NCBI GenBank assembly: GCA_963555985.3 | Contig: OY820591.1 | Coordinates: 1,664,001 to 1,728,000, forward strand | DNA length: 64,000 bases | Reading direction: 5' to 3' | Source of the DNA: Dehalococcoidia bacterium | GTDB taxonomy: Bacteria; Chloroflexota; Dehalococcoidia; Bin125 | In this document: positions 9,291 to 18,707 of the stretch, piece by piece | How positions within the stretch are numbered: the first letter of the stretch is position 1 | How the letters are laid out: every line of letters begins with the position of its first letter | The notes under the pieces: model-generated | Told to the model about the DNA's origin: nothing | The model's input: the letters and a program-made list of their open reading frames with translations, nothing else | Databases searched by the model: none | Program-made: the position numbers and the translations under genes

Positions 9291-10721
9291 CTATCCGTCT
9301 GAGTGTACGGGAGGTTTCCGGTTCGCCCAGGGCTGCAACTGCTCCAGCGCCGAACCGATCCGAATCAGCGACGCTTCGTCGGCATAGGGCGCGATGAAGT
9401 GGGTACCGATCGGCAGGCCGTCCTCGTTCCAGTAGAGCGGGATCGAGGCGGCGGGGTTGCCGGCTGAGTTGAAGGTAGAGGTGTAGGCGACGGTGTAGGC
9501 GACGTCCTCGCCTTGGGCGCGCATGTCGTCGCGGTCGAGGTTGAGGTGACCAAGCGGGAACGGCGGCATCGCCATCGTCGGCGTCAGCATCAGGTCATAG
9601 CCGGTAAAGAAACCGGCCACGATCCGCCCGATCGCGTGGACGGCGCGAGTAGCGCGGATGTAATCGGCGGCGCTGGGCTGTTCGGAGTTGATCATCTGCC
9701 ACGTGATCGGCTCGACGTCTTCGGGATTAGGTTCGCGGCCAAGTTGGGCAGCGCGATCTTGGACGGCGACAAGCGTGCTGGGGCGAACGACATTCCAGAG
9801 GGCAATCCGCAGTTCTTCGGGAATCTCCAACTCCGCCTCTTCAACCTCAAGCCCAAGCTGGCGGCAGAGGTCGGCGGCGTGATCAACTGCCGCGATGCAG
9901 TCAGGATGCGTCTCAACGCCGTTAAAGGCGTTCGTGATCACGCCAATCCGCATTTGACCAAGATCACGTCCAACCTCCTCAGCCCACGGGCGCTCGGGCG
10001 GCGGCGCATAGTACGGAGCGCCAAGATCGGGACCGGCAGTCGCATCGAGCAACGCCGCAGAGTCGCGCACGCTGCGAGAGACCGCGTGAATCGTCGACTG
10101 CCCCGCCCAACCTTCGCCCACATCGGGACCCGAGGGAGTACGCGCCCGGGTCGGCTTGAGCCCAAACAGGCCGCAGCAGGAGGCGGGAATGCGAATGCTG
10201 CCGCCCCCATCGGAGGCGTTCGCAATCGGCAAGATTCCCGCCGCCACCGCCGCGGCCGCGCCCCCGGACGATCCGCCCGCCGTGTGCTCGAGATTCCACG
10301 GGTTGCGAGTCTTGCCGTGAACGATCGACTCGGTCGTCGCGGTGATCCCGAACTCAGGCGAGGTGGAGCGTCCAAAGATGGACAATCCCGCCGCCTTGTA
10401 TCGCGCCGTCAGCTCATGGTCGTGATCGGGCACGTAGTCGACGAAGATCCGCGAGCCGTTGCTCATTGGCTGACCCGCATAGAGCAGGTAGAGGTCCTTG
10501 AGCAGAAAAGGCACGCCCGTGAACGGTCCCTCGGGCAGACCGGCGTAGGCGCGTTCTCGCGCCTCGTCGTAGTAGGGATAGACCACTGCGTTGATCTGCG
10601 GGTTGACCCGTTCCGTGCGCTCGATCGCTTCTTCGAGCAGCTCGGCCGCTGAAACCTGCCCGCTGCGAACCATTTCGGCGAGGTCGGTCGCGTCATAGTC
10701 GGAGTAGTTCTGAATAGCCAT
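9291..10721 (-). CDS. Amidase signature family protein
   Basis: [31 protein letters not shown]; start MAIQNY with GGAGG RBS. Confidence 0.93.
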   Translation of the reverse strand: MAIQNYSDYDATDLAEMVRSGQVSAAELLEEAIERTERVNPQINAVVYPYYDEARERAYAGLPEGPFTGVPFLLKDLYLLYAGQPMSNGSRIFVDYVPDHDHELTARYKAAGLSIFGRSTSPEFGITATTESIVHGKTRNPWNLEHTAGGSSGGAAAAVAAGILPIANASDGGGSIRIPASCCGLFGLKPTRARTPSGPDVGEGWAGQSTIHAVSRSVRDSAALLDATAGPDLGAPYYAPPPERPWAEEVGRDLGQMRIGVITNAFNGVETHPDCIAAVDHAADLCRQLGLEVEEAELEIPEELRIALWNVVRPSTLVAVQDRAAQLGREPNPEDVEPITWQMINSEQPSAADYIRATRAVHAIGRIVAGFFTGYDLMLTPTMAMPPFPLGHLNLDRDDMRAQGEDVAYTVAYTSTFNSAGNPAASIPLYWNEDGLPIGTHFIAPYADEASLIRIGSALEQLQPWANRKPPVHSDG

Positions 10722-10810
10722 GACAATCCTCCACGTGGCGTAAATGGCGCGTTCGCTTCGAGCAGGATACCGAGTAGGCGTAGGCTGGCGGCAGTGCCGA
10801 AGGAGCCACA

Positions 10811-11518
10811 ATGCGCGTCGATGGCCGCCGAACCAGCGAAATCCGTCCGCTCTCCTTCGAGACCAACGTGCAGATGCACGCCGCAGGCTCCTGCATCGTC
10901 AGCGCGGGTAACACCCGCGTGCTCTGCGCCGTCTCGTTCGAGGACAGCGTGCCCCGCTTCCTGCGCGGTACCGGTTCCGGCTGGGTCACAGCCGAGTACA
11001 ACATGCTCCCGGCCAGCACCAACACACGCACGAACCGCGAGCGCGCCCTTTCCTCCGGACGCACGCACGAGATTCAGCGCCTGATCGGGCGCAGCCTGCG
11101 CGCCGCGCTCGACCTCGATCGGCTCGGCGAACGCACCTTCACCATCGATTGCGATGTGCTCCAAGCCGACGGCGGCACCCGTACAGCCGCCATCACAGGC
11201 AGTTGGGTCGCTCTGCGCCTGGCCCTAGCCCGCGTCGGCATGGCAAACCCGCCTCTGAACGGAGCGGTCGCCGCAATCTCAGTCGGGATCGTCGCCGGCG
11301 AGGTCCTGGTTGATCTCTGCTACGAGGAGGATTCCGCCGCCGAAGTCGACTTCAACGTCGTCGCTCTGGACACCGGCAGCCTGATCGAGGTCCAGGGCAC
11401 AGCCGAAGGCGCTGTCTTCAGCCGCGATCAGTTGAACGAAATGGTGCGCGCCGCCGAGTCCGCTTTGCCCGGCATCTTCGCCGCGCAAGAGCAGGCAATC
11501 GAGGCCGCTCAGAAATAG
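10811..11518 (+). CDS. rph: Ribonuclease PH
   Basis: GWVTAEYNMLP, GRTHEIQRLIGRSLR, DCDVLQADGGTRTAAITG. Confidence 0.97.
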   Translation: MRVDGRRTSEIRPLSFETNVQMHAAGSCIVSAGNTRVLCAVSFEDSVPRFLRGTGSGWVTAEYNMLPASTNTRTNRERALSSGRTHEIQRLIGRSLRAALDLDRLGERTFTIDCDVLQADGGTRTAAITGSWVALRLALARVGMANPPLNGAVAAISVGIVAGEVLVDLCYEEDSAAEVDFNVVALDTGSLIEVQGTAEGAVFSRDQLNEMVRAAESALPGIFAAQEQAIEAAQK

Positions 11519-12378
11519 TCCGCGTAGAGACCGAGGTAGTCGCCGCCCACGACCAGGATGTGCGCAGGACCGGATTCCTCGTCAGCCTGCTGCCCGGGGA
11601 AATTGCTCAGCAGACGGAACCCGCCGGGCGATCGCTCCTCGGCAAAGTCAACCACATCAGCCCCGACCTGGCCCACATCCTCCCACAGCGCCCGCTGCGA
11701 CACTCCGCTGCGCGGAACCGCCAATACAGCCAGTGGCGGCAGCGCCCGATTGGGACTGGAGAACCCCACCGAAACCGTCACCTGCCACAGATTCGACCTG
11801 CCCGCCGCCAGCACCGGCAGCGCGTTGTAGAAGACCGTCGATTCGGTCTCGTGAACGACTTCCCGGCCGTTCGCCCTCACAGCCTCTAGCCACGGCTCTC
11901 CGGTCGGTGCAAACCTCGAGACGTCAAGCTCAGGCGCCGCGTGAACCTGCAAGTGCGCATGCGGCTGCGACTGCTCGCCCATCGAGCCGAAGTTGCAAAA
12001 CACGCGAAAACCGGAAGCCGCCCGCTGCGGATTGCGATCTTGCATCCACTCGATCACCTGAAGCGCGTGATCTCGAGCGGTGCGTCCCACCTCGCCTAAA
12101 TCCCGCCACAGCTCCGACTGTTGCGAGTAGAAGCGCCGCCCGTTCGTGGGCGGATGCTCAAGCGGGATCACCAGCGACGTCAGATCGAAAAAGAGGAACT
12201 GATTCTCGAAGACGAAGACCTCGGGCCGCTCATCCGACCAGGGCGAACTCGGATCACCCCGCCGCGAATCGATAAACCCTCGATGACCGTCCCGAAAAAA
12301 GAGCGCAGACTCCCGCCCCTCGGCAATGCCGCAGAAGACGCAATAGCGCGTGTGCTCTTGTCCCGGCTTAAGTGGCAT
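11509..12378 (-). CDS. HIT-superfamily protein with two tandem HIT-like halves
   Basis: CVFC N-terminus; GFRVFCNFG...EQSQPHAHLQV; second GFRLLSN...PAHILVVGG. Confidence 0.65.
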   Translation of the reverse strand: MPLKPGQEHTRYCVFCGIAEGRESALFFRDGHRGFIDSRRGDPSSPWSDERPEVFVFENQFLFFDLTSLVIPLEHPPTNGRRFYSQQSELWRDLGEVGRTARDHALQVIEWMQDRNPQRAASGFRVFCNFGSMGEQSQPHAHLQVHAAPELDVSRFAPTGEPWLEAVRANGREVVHETESTVFYNALPVLAAGRSNLWQVTVSVGFSSPNRALPPLAVLAVPRSGVSQRALWEDVGQVGADVVDFAEERSPGGFRLLSNFPGQQADEESGPAHILVVGGDYLGLYADYF

Positions 12379-12465
12379 GAATGCAGCGTCGCACTGAACG
12401 CGCGGGCGATCAATCGGGGCGTTGATACGCTCTACACATCCGACGCGCTCGAAAGGCGGTGCTCA

Positions 12466-13689
12466 ATGGTCCGCGTAATCCCGTTTCGCGGTCTGCGCTA
12501 CGACCCGACGGTCGTCGGAGACTGGGGAGCAGTCTTGGGGCCGCCCTACGACATCGTCGACGCAGCCCAGACGGCAGCTCTGAGATCAGCGAGCCCCTAC
12601 CAAATCGCGCACATCGAGATGGCGACCGGAGAAGACGAGATCGCGACTGCCGCACAGCGGCTCAGGGACTGGCAAAACGCAGGCGCGATCGTCCGCGACG
12701 CACAGCCCGCGTTCTACCTGCACGAGCATCGATTCACCGCCGGCGGCAAGGAGCAGACCCGGCGCGCCCTCTTCGGTGCGGTAGAACTGTCCGACTGGGG
12801 CATCGGGGGCGTCATGGCGCACGAACGCACGATGCCCGGCCCAAAAGCGACCCGCACCGCGCTGCGCTCAATCGTCGGCGCGGATGTCTCGCCGCTGATG
12901 GCCTTCGTCCCCGACACAGAGGGCGCGCTTGCAGCCCTGATCGACACCGCGGCGCAATCGCAGCCTGTCTGCGAGGGAGTCGATCCAATGGGAGACGCCC
13001 ACACCTTGCGAGTGCTGGACGAACCCTCCGCCGTCGCCGCCATTGAAACAGCCTTCGCCTCCCAGCGCGTCTACATGGCCGACGGTCACCACCGCTACGA
13101 GTCCGCCCTCGCCTCCCAGGACGAACGCCCAGGCTCACGAAGTGTCCTCATGGGAATCGTCTGCGCGGGCGATCCGGCGCTGGCGGTCGGCGCAACCCAC
13201 CGCGTCGTCCACACCCCCGCCCCACCCGATCTGCTCGACCGAATCGCCGAATCGTTCACCGTCCAAGCGGTCGCCGAAGCCGTCATCCAAACCGAACTGC
13301 CCGACGGCAGCGCCACAATCGGCATGATCCTCGCCGACACCGCATATGTGCTCACACCAACAGAACGCGCCTACGCGGAAATGCCGAATACCGTGCCTGA
13401 ATCCTGGCGCGAACTTGCCCCTGCCCTCCTGCAATACGCAATCTTGGAACCTGTCTGGAGGATCGACGCCGAAGCGCTCGCGGGAGGCCAAGCCGTCACC
13501 TACACCCACCATCTCTCCGAGGGCCTGGACGCCCTCAAAGAAAGCGCAGCCTCCGCCGTCTTCGCACTCCCGGCCCCAACCTTGCAAGACGTGATCAGCA
13601 CCGCCGACGCCGGCGGCTTCATGCCCCAAAAATCGACCTACTTCGTCCCCAAGCTCCCCACCGGCCTCGTCCTCCACCCGCTCGGCTGA
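12466..13689 (+). CDS. DUF1015 family protein
   Basis: IPFRGLRY, PPYDIV, HERT, YMADGHHRYE, MPQKSTYFVPKLPTG. Confidence 0.92.
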   Translation: MVRVIPFRGLRYDPTVVGDWGAVLGPPYDIVDAAQTAALRSASPYQIAHIEMATGEDEIATAAQRLRDWQNAGAIVRDAQPAFYLHEHRFTAGGKEQTRRALFGAVELSDWGIGGVMAHERTMPGPKATRTALRSIVGADVSPLMAFVPDTEGALAALIDTAAQSQPVCEGVDPMGDAHTLRVLDEPSAVAAIETAFASQRVYMADGHHRYESALASQDERPGSRSVLMGIVCAGDPALAVGATHRVVHTPAPPDLLDRIAESFTVQAVAEAVIQTELPDGSATIGMILADTAYVLTPTERAYAEMPNTVPESWRELAPALLQYAILEPVWRIDAEALAGGQAVTYTHHLSEGLDALKESAASAVFALPAPTLQDVISTADAGGFMPQKSTYFVPKLPTGLVLHPLG

Positions 13690-13696
13690 GCCACCC

Positions 13697-15295
13697 CTAC
13701 ATCTGCGCCTGAGCCAACGCCTCAATCCCGTCAATCTCCACGATCGCCCGCTCCTCGGCAGGCGTCAGCGCACGCGAGATCGTCAGCGCCATCAACGCCT
13801 GTCCACTCGGATCGTCCGGGTTGAAACCCACATCCATCGCCGCAATGTTCACGTCCAGCCGACCCAGCGCCAGCCCCACCTCCCCAATCCGTCCCGGCCG
13901 ATCCTCGTTCCGCAGCACCAGCAAATGCAGATGCTCAAGCCTCCGCCGTTGCGGACCGGCGATGTGTACGTGAAACCCGTTGATCTCAACCGTCGCCGCG
14001 CGTCCGTGCTCCAGCGTGCCCATCAGCGAGGTTTCACCATCGGCGGTGTGCAGTTCCACCGTGATCGCCGACGTATACGGCTCCGCGTCAGGCGACTTCC
14101 GCTCCGTGATCCTCCAACCGCGATGACTGATCACGTTGTTCACATTGACCAGGTTCACATGTTCATCGGAGATCGGCGCAAGCAGCCCCGCAATCACCGA
14201 GGCCTTGAGCGGCGTCACATCGTGATTCGCGATCTCGCCCCGATAGTCAATCGCAATATCGCCCCACTGACCCGAAGCGAGCTGGGTCGCCAGCCGCCCG
14301 CACATCTCCGCAACTGCGAGATACGGCCCCACCACTTCCAGCGACTCAGGATCAATAAACGGCGCGTTCACAGCCGCCGCCGTCGGTTCCCCCCGCAGCA
14401 CACGCAGGCTCTCCCGCGCAATCTCAACCGCGACCCGCTCCTGAGCTTCCTGCGTAGACGCGCCCAGATGCGGCGTCGCCAGCACCCGCGGATGCCGAAC
14501 CAGCGGATTCTCGACCGCAGGTTCCTCAGCGAAGACATCAAGCGCAGCCCCGCCGAGCGGCCCCTGATCCAGCGCAGCGCCCAAAGCGGCTTCGTCGATC
14601 AGACGCCCCCTGGCCGTGTTGACCAGCAGCGCCCCCTGCTTCATCCGCCCAAATTCCCGAGCCCCAAGCAGCGGCGGCGCATCCGGCGCAGCGGAGCTAT
14701 GCAGCGTGACCACATCCGACTCCGCCAGCAGATCATCGAGCAATCTGAGTTCGACCCCGACCGCCCGCGCTCGCTCCTCCGGCAGAAACGGATCAAACGC
14801 CAGCACTCGCATCTCCATCGCCTGGAGCCGCCGCGCCACCGCCGAGCCAACTAGTCCCAACCCGATAATCCCGGCCGTCTTGCCCCGCAACTCCGCCCCC
14901 ACAAACTCCGCCCGCGCCCAGCGACCGCCGCGCAGCGCGGCATTCGCGTCAGCCAAATGCCGCGCCAGCGACAGCATCAGGCCAATCGTCAGCTCCGCCG
15001 CCGAGACCGTGTTCCCCCCGGCCGCGTTGATCACCGTGATCCCCTGCTGGCTCGCCGCATCCAGATCAATGTTGTCCACCCCCGCCCCAGCTCGCGCGAT
15101 CAGCCGAAGCTTCGGCGCAGCCCGAATCAGCCCTGCATCAACGCGAGTCCCGCTCCGCACGATCAATCCGTGATACGGCCCAATCGCCTCCCGCAACGCG
15201 ACCGGACCCAGCTCGTAGCACAGATCAACATCCGCCTCTGCCGAGAGCAGAGCGACCCCCTCCTGCGACAGCGGCTCGGTGACGAGGATGCGCAC
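13697..15295 (-). CDS. serA: D-3-phosphoglycerate dehydrogenase with ASB and ACT domains
   Basis: RAGAGVDNID, GLGLVG, NTARG, TPHLGAST.EAQ, C-terminal NEDRPG...NIAAM. Confidence 0.95.
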   Translation of the reverse strand: MRILVTEPLSQEGVALLSAEADVDLCYELGPVALREAIGPYHGLIVRSGTRVDAGLIRAAPKLRLIARAGAGVDNIDLDAASQQGITVINAAGGNTVSAAELTIGLMLSLARHLADANAALRGGRWARAEFVGAELRGKTAGIIGLGLVGSAVARRLQAMEMRVLAFDPFLPEERARAVGVELRLLDDLLAESDVVTLHSSAAPDAPPLLGAREFGRMKQGALLVNTARGRLIDEAALGAALDQGPLGGAALDVFAEEPAVENPLVRHPRVLATPHLGASTQEAQERVAVEIARESLRVLRGEPTAAAVNAPFIDPESLEVVGPYLAVAEMCGRLATQLASGQWGDIAIDYRGEIANHDVTPLKASVIAGLLAPISDEHVNLVNVNNVISHRGWRITERKSPDAEPYTSAITVELHTADGETSLMGTLEHGRAATVEINGFHVHIAGPQRRRLEHLHLLVLRNEDRPGRIGEVGLALGRLDVNIAAMDVGFNPDDPSGQALMALTISRALTPAEERAIVEIDGIEALAQAQM

Positions 15296-15323
15296 TGGCC
15301 CGCTTCCCCCGCGCTCTTCGGAG

Positions 15324-16451
15324 CTAGCTGCCGGTGATCCCCGGAATCATCGCTCCCGCAGCAGGAGTGAAACCCTCTTCCACCAGGGCGGATTGGAGCG
15401 CCGCAAAGCACGCCGCCATCTCGCCCTCGTCAAGCCAGCCCAGATGACCAATCCGGAAAATGTCGCTCGCCAGCTTGCCCTGACCGCCCGCGATCACCAC
15501 GTCGTACTGCTCCCGCAGCCGCTTCGACAGCGCCGACTGAACTACGCCCTCGGGCACCCGCACAGCAGTCACCGTGTCGGAGGCGTACCGCTCGTCCGCC
15601 AGCAATTCCAGCCCCATCGCCTTCACCGCAGCGCGGGTCCAACTCGCAAAGCGGTGATGACGCGCATAGATCGCCTCAGTCCCCTCCGCAGCAAGCAGCG
15701 GCAGCGCCGCATCCATCGCGTAGAGCGTTGGCAGCGCCGGCGTCCACGGCGGTTGACCGCGCGTCGCGTACTCGTGGTGAGTCGTGAGATCGAAGTAAAA
15801 CTTGGGCATCGTCGACGCTTCCGCCGCCGCCCAACCGCGCTCCGAGAGCGCCGCCATCGCAATCCCGGGCGGCGAGAGCCAGCCCTTCTGCGAAGCCGTC
15901 ACCACCGCATCCAGACCCCACTCGTCCATCTGCATGTCGATCGAGCCGAGCGACGAAACCGCGTCAACGATGATCAGCGGATCCGCGACCTCCCGCACCG
16001 CCGCCGCGATCGCCGCGATCGGATTCGTGACCCCGGTCGACGTCTCGTTATGTGTAATCAGCAGCGCGTCGTAGTCGTCCTCAGCGATCAGTTCCGCCAC
16101 CAACTCAGGCGTCGCCGCATCCCCCCACTCGATCTGCGACCGCTCCACATCGGCCCCGTACTGCTCGGCAATGCTGGCGAAACGATCCCCGAACGAGCCG
16201 ACCGTCACGCAGAGCGCCTTGTCCCCGGGCGAGAGCGTGTTCACGACCGCCGCTTCCATCGCTCCGGTACCGCTGCTGGAGAGAATCAGAATCTCTTGCT
16301 CAGTCCCGAAAAACGGCTGAATTCCGCAAGTCAGCCGCTCGAGCAGCTCCGCGAACTCGGGGCCGCGATGGTTGATCATCTCCCCCGCCGCCGCCGCGAG
16401 CACATCGGGCGGGCACGGCGTGGGACCGGGAATGCGAAGGTTGGTAGGCAT
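15324..16451 (-). CDS. Class V PLP aminotransferase (alanine-glyoxylate/serine-pyruvate or phosphoserine type)
   Basis: LRIPGPT, SSGTGAMEA, HNETSTGV, VDAVSS, ASQKG, FRIGHLG; upstream of serA. Confidence 0.9.
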   Translation of the reverse strand: MPTNLRIPGPTPCPPDVLAAAAGEMINHRGPEFAELLERLTCGIQPFFGTEQEILILSSSGTGAMEAAVVNTLSPGDKALCVTVGSFGDRFASIAEQYGADVERSQIEWGDAATPELVAELIAEDDYDALLITHNETSTGVTNPIAAIAAAVREVADPLIIVDAVSSLGSIDMQMDEWGLDAVVTASQKGWLSPPGIAMAALSERGWAAAEASTMPKFYFDLTTHHEYATRGQPPWTPALPTLYAMDAALPLLAAEGTEAIYARHHRFASWTRAAVKAMGLELLADERYASDTVTAVRVPEGVVQSALSKRLREQYDVVIAGGQGKLASDIFRIGHLGWLDEGEMAACFAALQSALVEEGFTPAAGAMIPGITGS

Positions 16452-16528
16452 GGTGCGGCGACAGGCCTTCTCTACGATGTGATCTGCGCGTACTGCACTG
16501 AGCCTAGTCAGCGCTTGGAGTGGCGACA

Positions 16529-17920
16529 ATGTCGGATTTGTCAGCCGCGTTGCGGCAGTTGCCCAGCGTCGATCGGCTGCTCTCCGATCCCGCACTCTCG
16601 GAGCTCCGCGCCCGGCTCCCCCACGACCTCTGCGTAGCGGCCGTGCGTGACGCACTCGCGCAGGCCCGCGCCGAAATTCAGGCAGGACGGAATCCCGTCC
16701 CGACCGCCGAGACCCTTGCGAGACAAACGGCCGCAACCCTGGAGCGCCGCTACGGCCGCTCGCTCCGCTCAGTCGTGAATGCGACCGGCGTCGTCATCCA
16801 CACCAATCTCGGGCGCGCTCCGCTCTCGCAAGCCGCGACCCAAGCGATGACCCAGGCCGCGGCCGCTTACTCCAATCTCGAATTCGAACTCTCCACAGGC
16901 ACGCGCGGCTCGCGTGCGACTCATCTCGATTCACTGCTCACGGCCGCGACCGGCGCAGAAGCCGGCATCGCCGTCAACAACAACGCCGCCGCCCTCTACT
17001 TCGTGATGTCGGTGTTCGCGGCCGGCCGCGATCTGATCGTGAGCCGCGGTCAGGCGGTCGAGATCGGCGGCGGCTTCCGCATCCCCGACGTCATCCGTCA
17101 GAGCGGGGCGCGCCTGGTCGAAGTCGGCACGACCAACCGCACTCGAGCCCAGGACTACCGCGACGCCCTGAGCGACGAGACCGCTGCCCTCCTCCGCGTC
17201 CACTCCTCCAACTTCCGCATCATCGGCTTTGTCGAAGAGACCACCGTCGCCGAACTGCGCGCCGTAGCAGACGATCACGAGACCCAAACCGCATCGCCCC
17301 CGCTGCTCATCGACGACGTAGGCAGCGGCTGCCTGCTCGACACCCGAAACTACGGACTCGCCTACGAACCGCGCCCCCAAGACTCCGTCGCGGCCGGCGC
17401 GGACCTGGTGCTGTTCTCGGGCGACAAGCTGCTCGGCGGCCCCCAGGCAGGAATCATCGTCGGCCGCGAATCGGCAATCGCCCCGCTCCGCCGGCATCCC
17501 CTCATGCGAGCCTTGAGACCGGACAAGACCACGATCGCCGGACTCGCCGCAACCCTGGAACACTACTTGGCCGGCGAAGCCGAAACCCAAATCCCGATCT
17601 GGCAAATGATCGCCGCCGAGCCGGCAACTCTCCGCAAACGCGCGGAATCATGGCAGGCAACCCTCGGTGCGGGCCAAGTCTCCCAATCGGAATCCGCCAT
17701 CGGCGGCGGCTCACTCCCCGGCGAAACCAGGCCAACCTGGGTCTGGAGCATTCGCCGCGAACACCCCTCCAAATTCGCCGAAGCCCTGCGCCGCTCGAAT
17801 CCCCCCGTAATCGCCCGCGTAACCGACGACCAAATCCTCCTCGATCCCAGAACCGTCCTCCCCGGCCAAGACCAACTCGTAATCGCCGCCCTCCGAGCAG
17901 CGCTCGGAGAGGTCGCATGA
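16529..17920 (+). CDS. selA: L-seryl-tRNA(Sec) selenium transferase
   Basis: VNATGVVIHTNLGRAPL, VNNNAAA, VEIGGGFRIPD, EVGTTNRT, FSGDKLLGGPQAG. Confidence 0.97.
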   Translation: MSDLSAALRQLPSVDRLLSDPALSELRARLPHDLCVAAVRDALAQARAEIQAGRNPVPTAETLARQTAATLERRYGRSLRSVVNATGVVIHTNLGRAPLSQAATQAMTQAAAAYSNLEFELSTGTRGSRATHLDSLLTAATGAEAGIAVNNNAAALYFVMSVFAAGRDLIVSRGQAVEIGGGFRIPDVIRQSGARLVEVGTTNRTRAQDYRDALSDETAALLRVHSSNFRIIGFVEETTVAELRAVADDHETQTASPPLLIDDVGSGCLLDTRNYGLAYEPRPQDSVAAGADLVLFSGDKLLGGPQAGIIVGRESAIAPLRRHPLMRALRPDKTTIAGLAATLEHYLAGEAETQIPIWQMIAAEPATLRKRAESWQATLGAGQVSQSESAIGGGSLPGETRPTWVWSIRREHPSKFAEALRRSNPPVIARVTDDQILLDPRTVLPGQDQLVIAALRAALGEVA

Positions 17921-18705
17921 TCGTCTTCGCCGCGATCCTCCCCCACCCCCCAATCCTGCTGCCCGAAATCGGACAAGGACGCGAAGCGGCAGCCTCCGCC
18001 ACTCTCAACGCCTACGTCCAAATCGCGCAGCGACTCAGACAACTCAATGTCGACCGCTGCATCCTGATTTCATCGCACGGAATCGTGACCCTGCGCCGCT
18101 TCCACCTCCTGACCGCGCCAATGCGCGGCAACTTGGGAACCTTCGGCACGCCCGGCCTAGAATTCTCCATCAGCCTCGATCACCAACTCGTCACAGCCAT
18201 CGCTGAAGCATCCCGAGAGGCGGGAATACCGCTCACACCAGTAGCCGCGTGGGAGACAAGCGATCACGCCAGCGCCGTACCGCTCACCTTGCTCGCAGAC
18301 GTAATCCCACCCCAAATCGCAGTCGTCAGCATGAGCTTCCTTGACGGTTCCGCGCACTACGAGTTTGGCCAAGCAATCGGCGCGGCGGCGGCAACCGTAG
18401 ATGGAAATCTCGCAATCCTCGCCTCGGGCGACGCCGTTCACACCCTCTCCGAAGCATCCCCCTATGGCTCCCATCCGCTCGCGCCGGAAACGCAAGCGCG
18501 GATCGAGCGAGCCATCGAGAACTGGGATCCCGCCGATCTGATCAGCCTGGATCCCGCAGTGCGGGAAGCCGTAGACGAATCGATCGTCTCGCCCACGCTC
18601 ATTCTGATGGGCGCATTGCACGCGCTGACCTGCCGCCCGCGTATTCTGTCCACTGAAGCGCCTTGGGGCGTGGGGTACCTCTGTGTCGCTGTAGAGATGG
18701 ATTGA
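17917..18705 (+). CDS. LigB/MEMO1-like (class III extradiol dioxygenase fold) protein
   Basis: PHPPILLPEIG, ISSHG, DHASAVPL, ASGD..H, PWGVGY; ATGA-coupled to selA. Confidence 0.8.
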   Translation: MIVFAAILPHPPILLPEIGQGREAAASATLNAYVQIAQRLRQLNVDRCILISSHGIVTLRRFHLLTAPMRGNLGTFGTPGLEFSISLDHQLVTAIAEASREAGIPLTPVAAWETSDHASAVPLTLLADVIPPQIAVVSMSFLDGSAHYEFGQAIGAAAATVDGNLAILASGDAVHTLSEASPYGSHPLAPETQARIERAIENWDPADLISLDPAVREAVDESIVSPTLILMGALHALTCRPRILSTEAPWGVGYLCVAVEMD

Positions 18706-18707
18706 GC

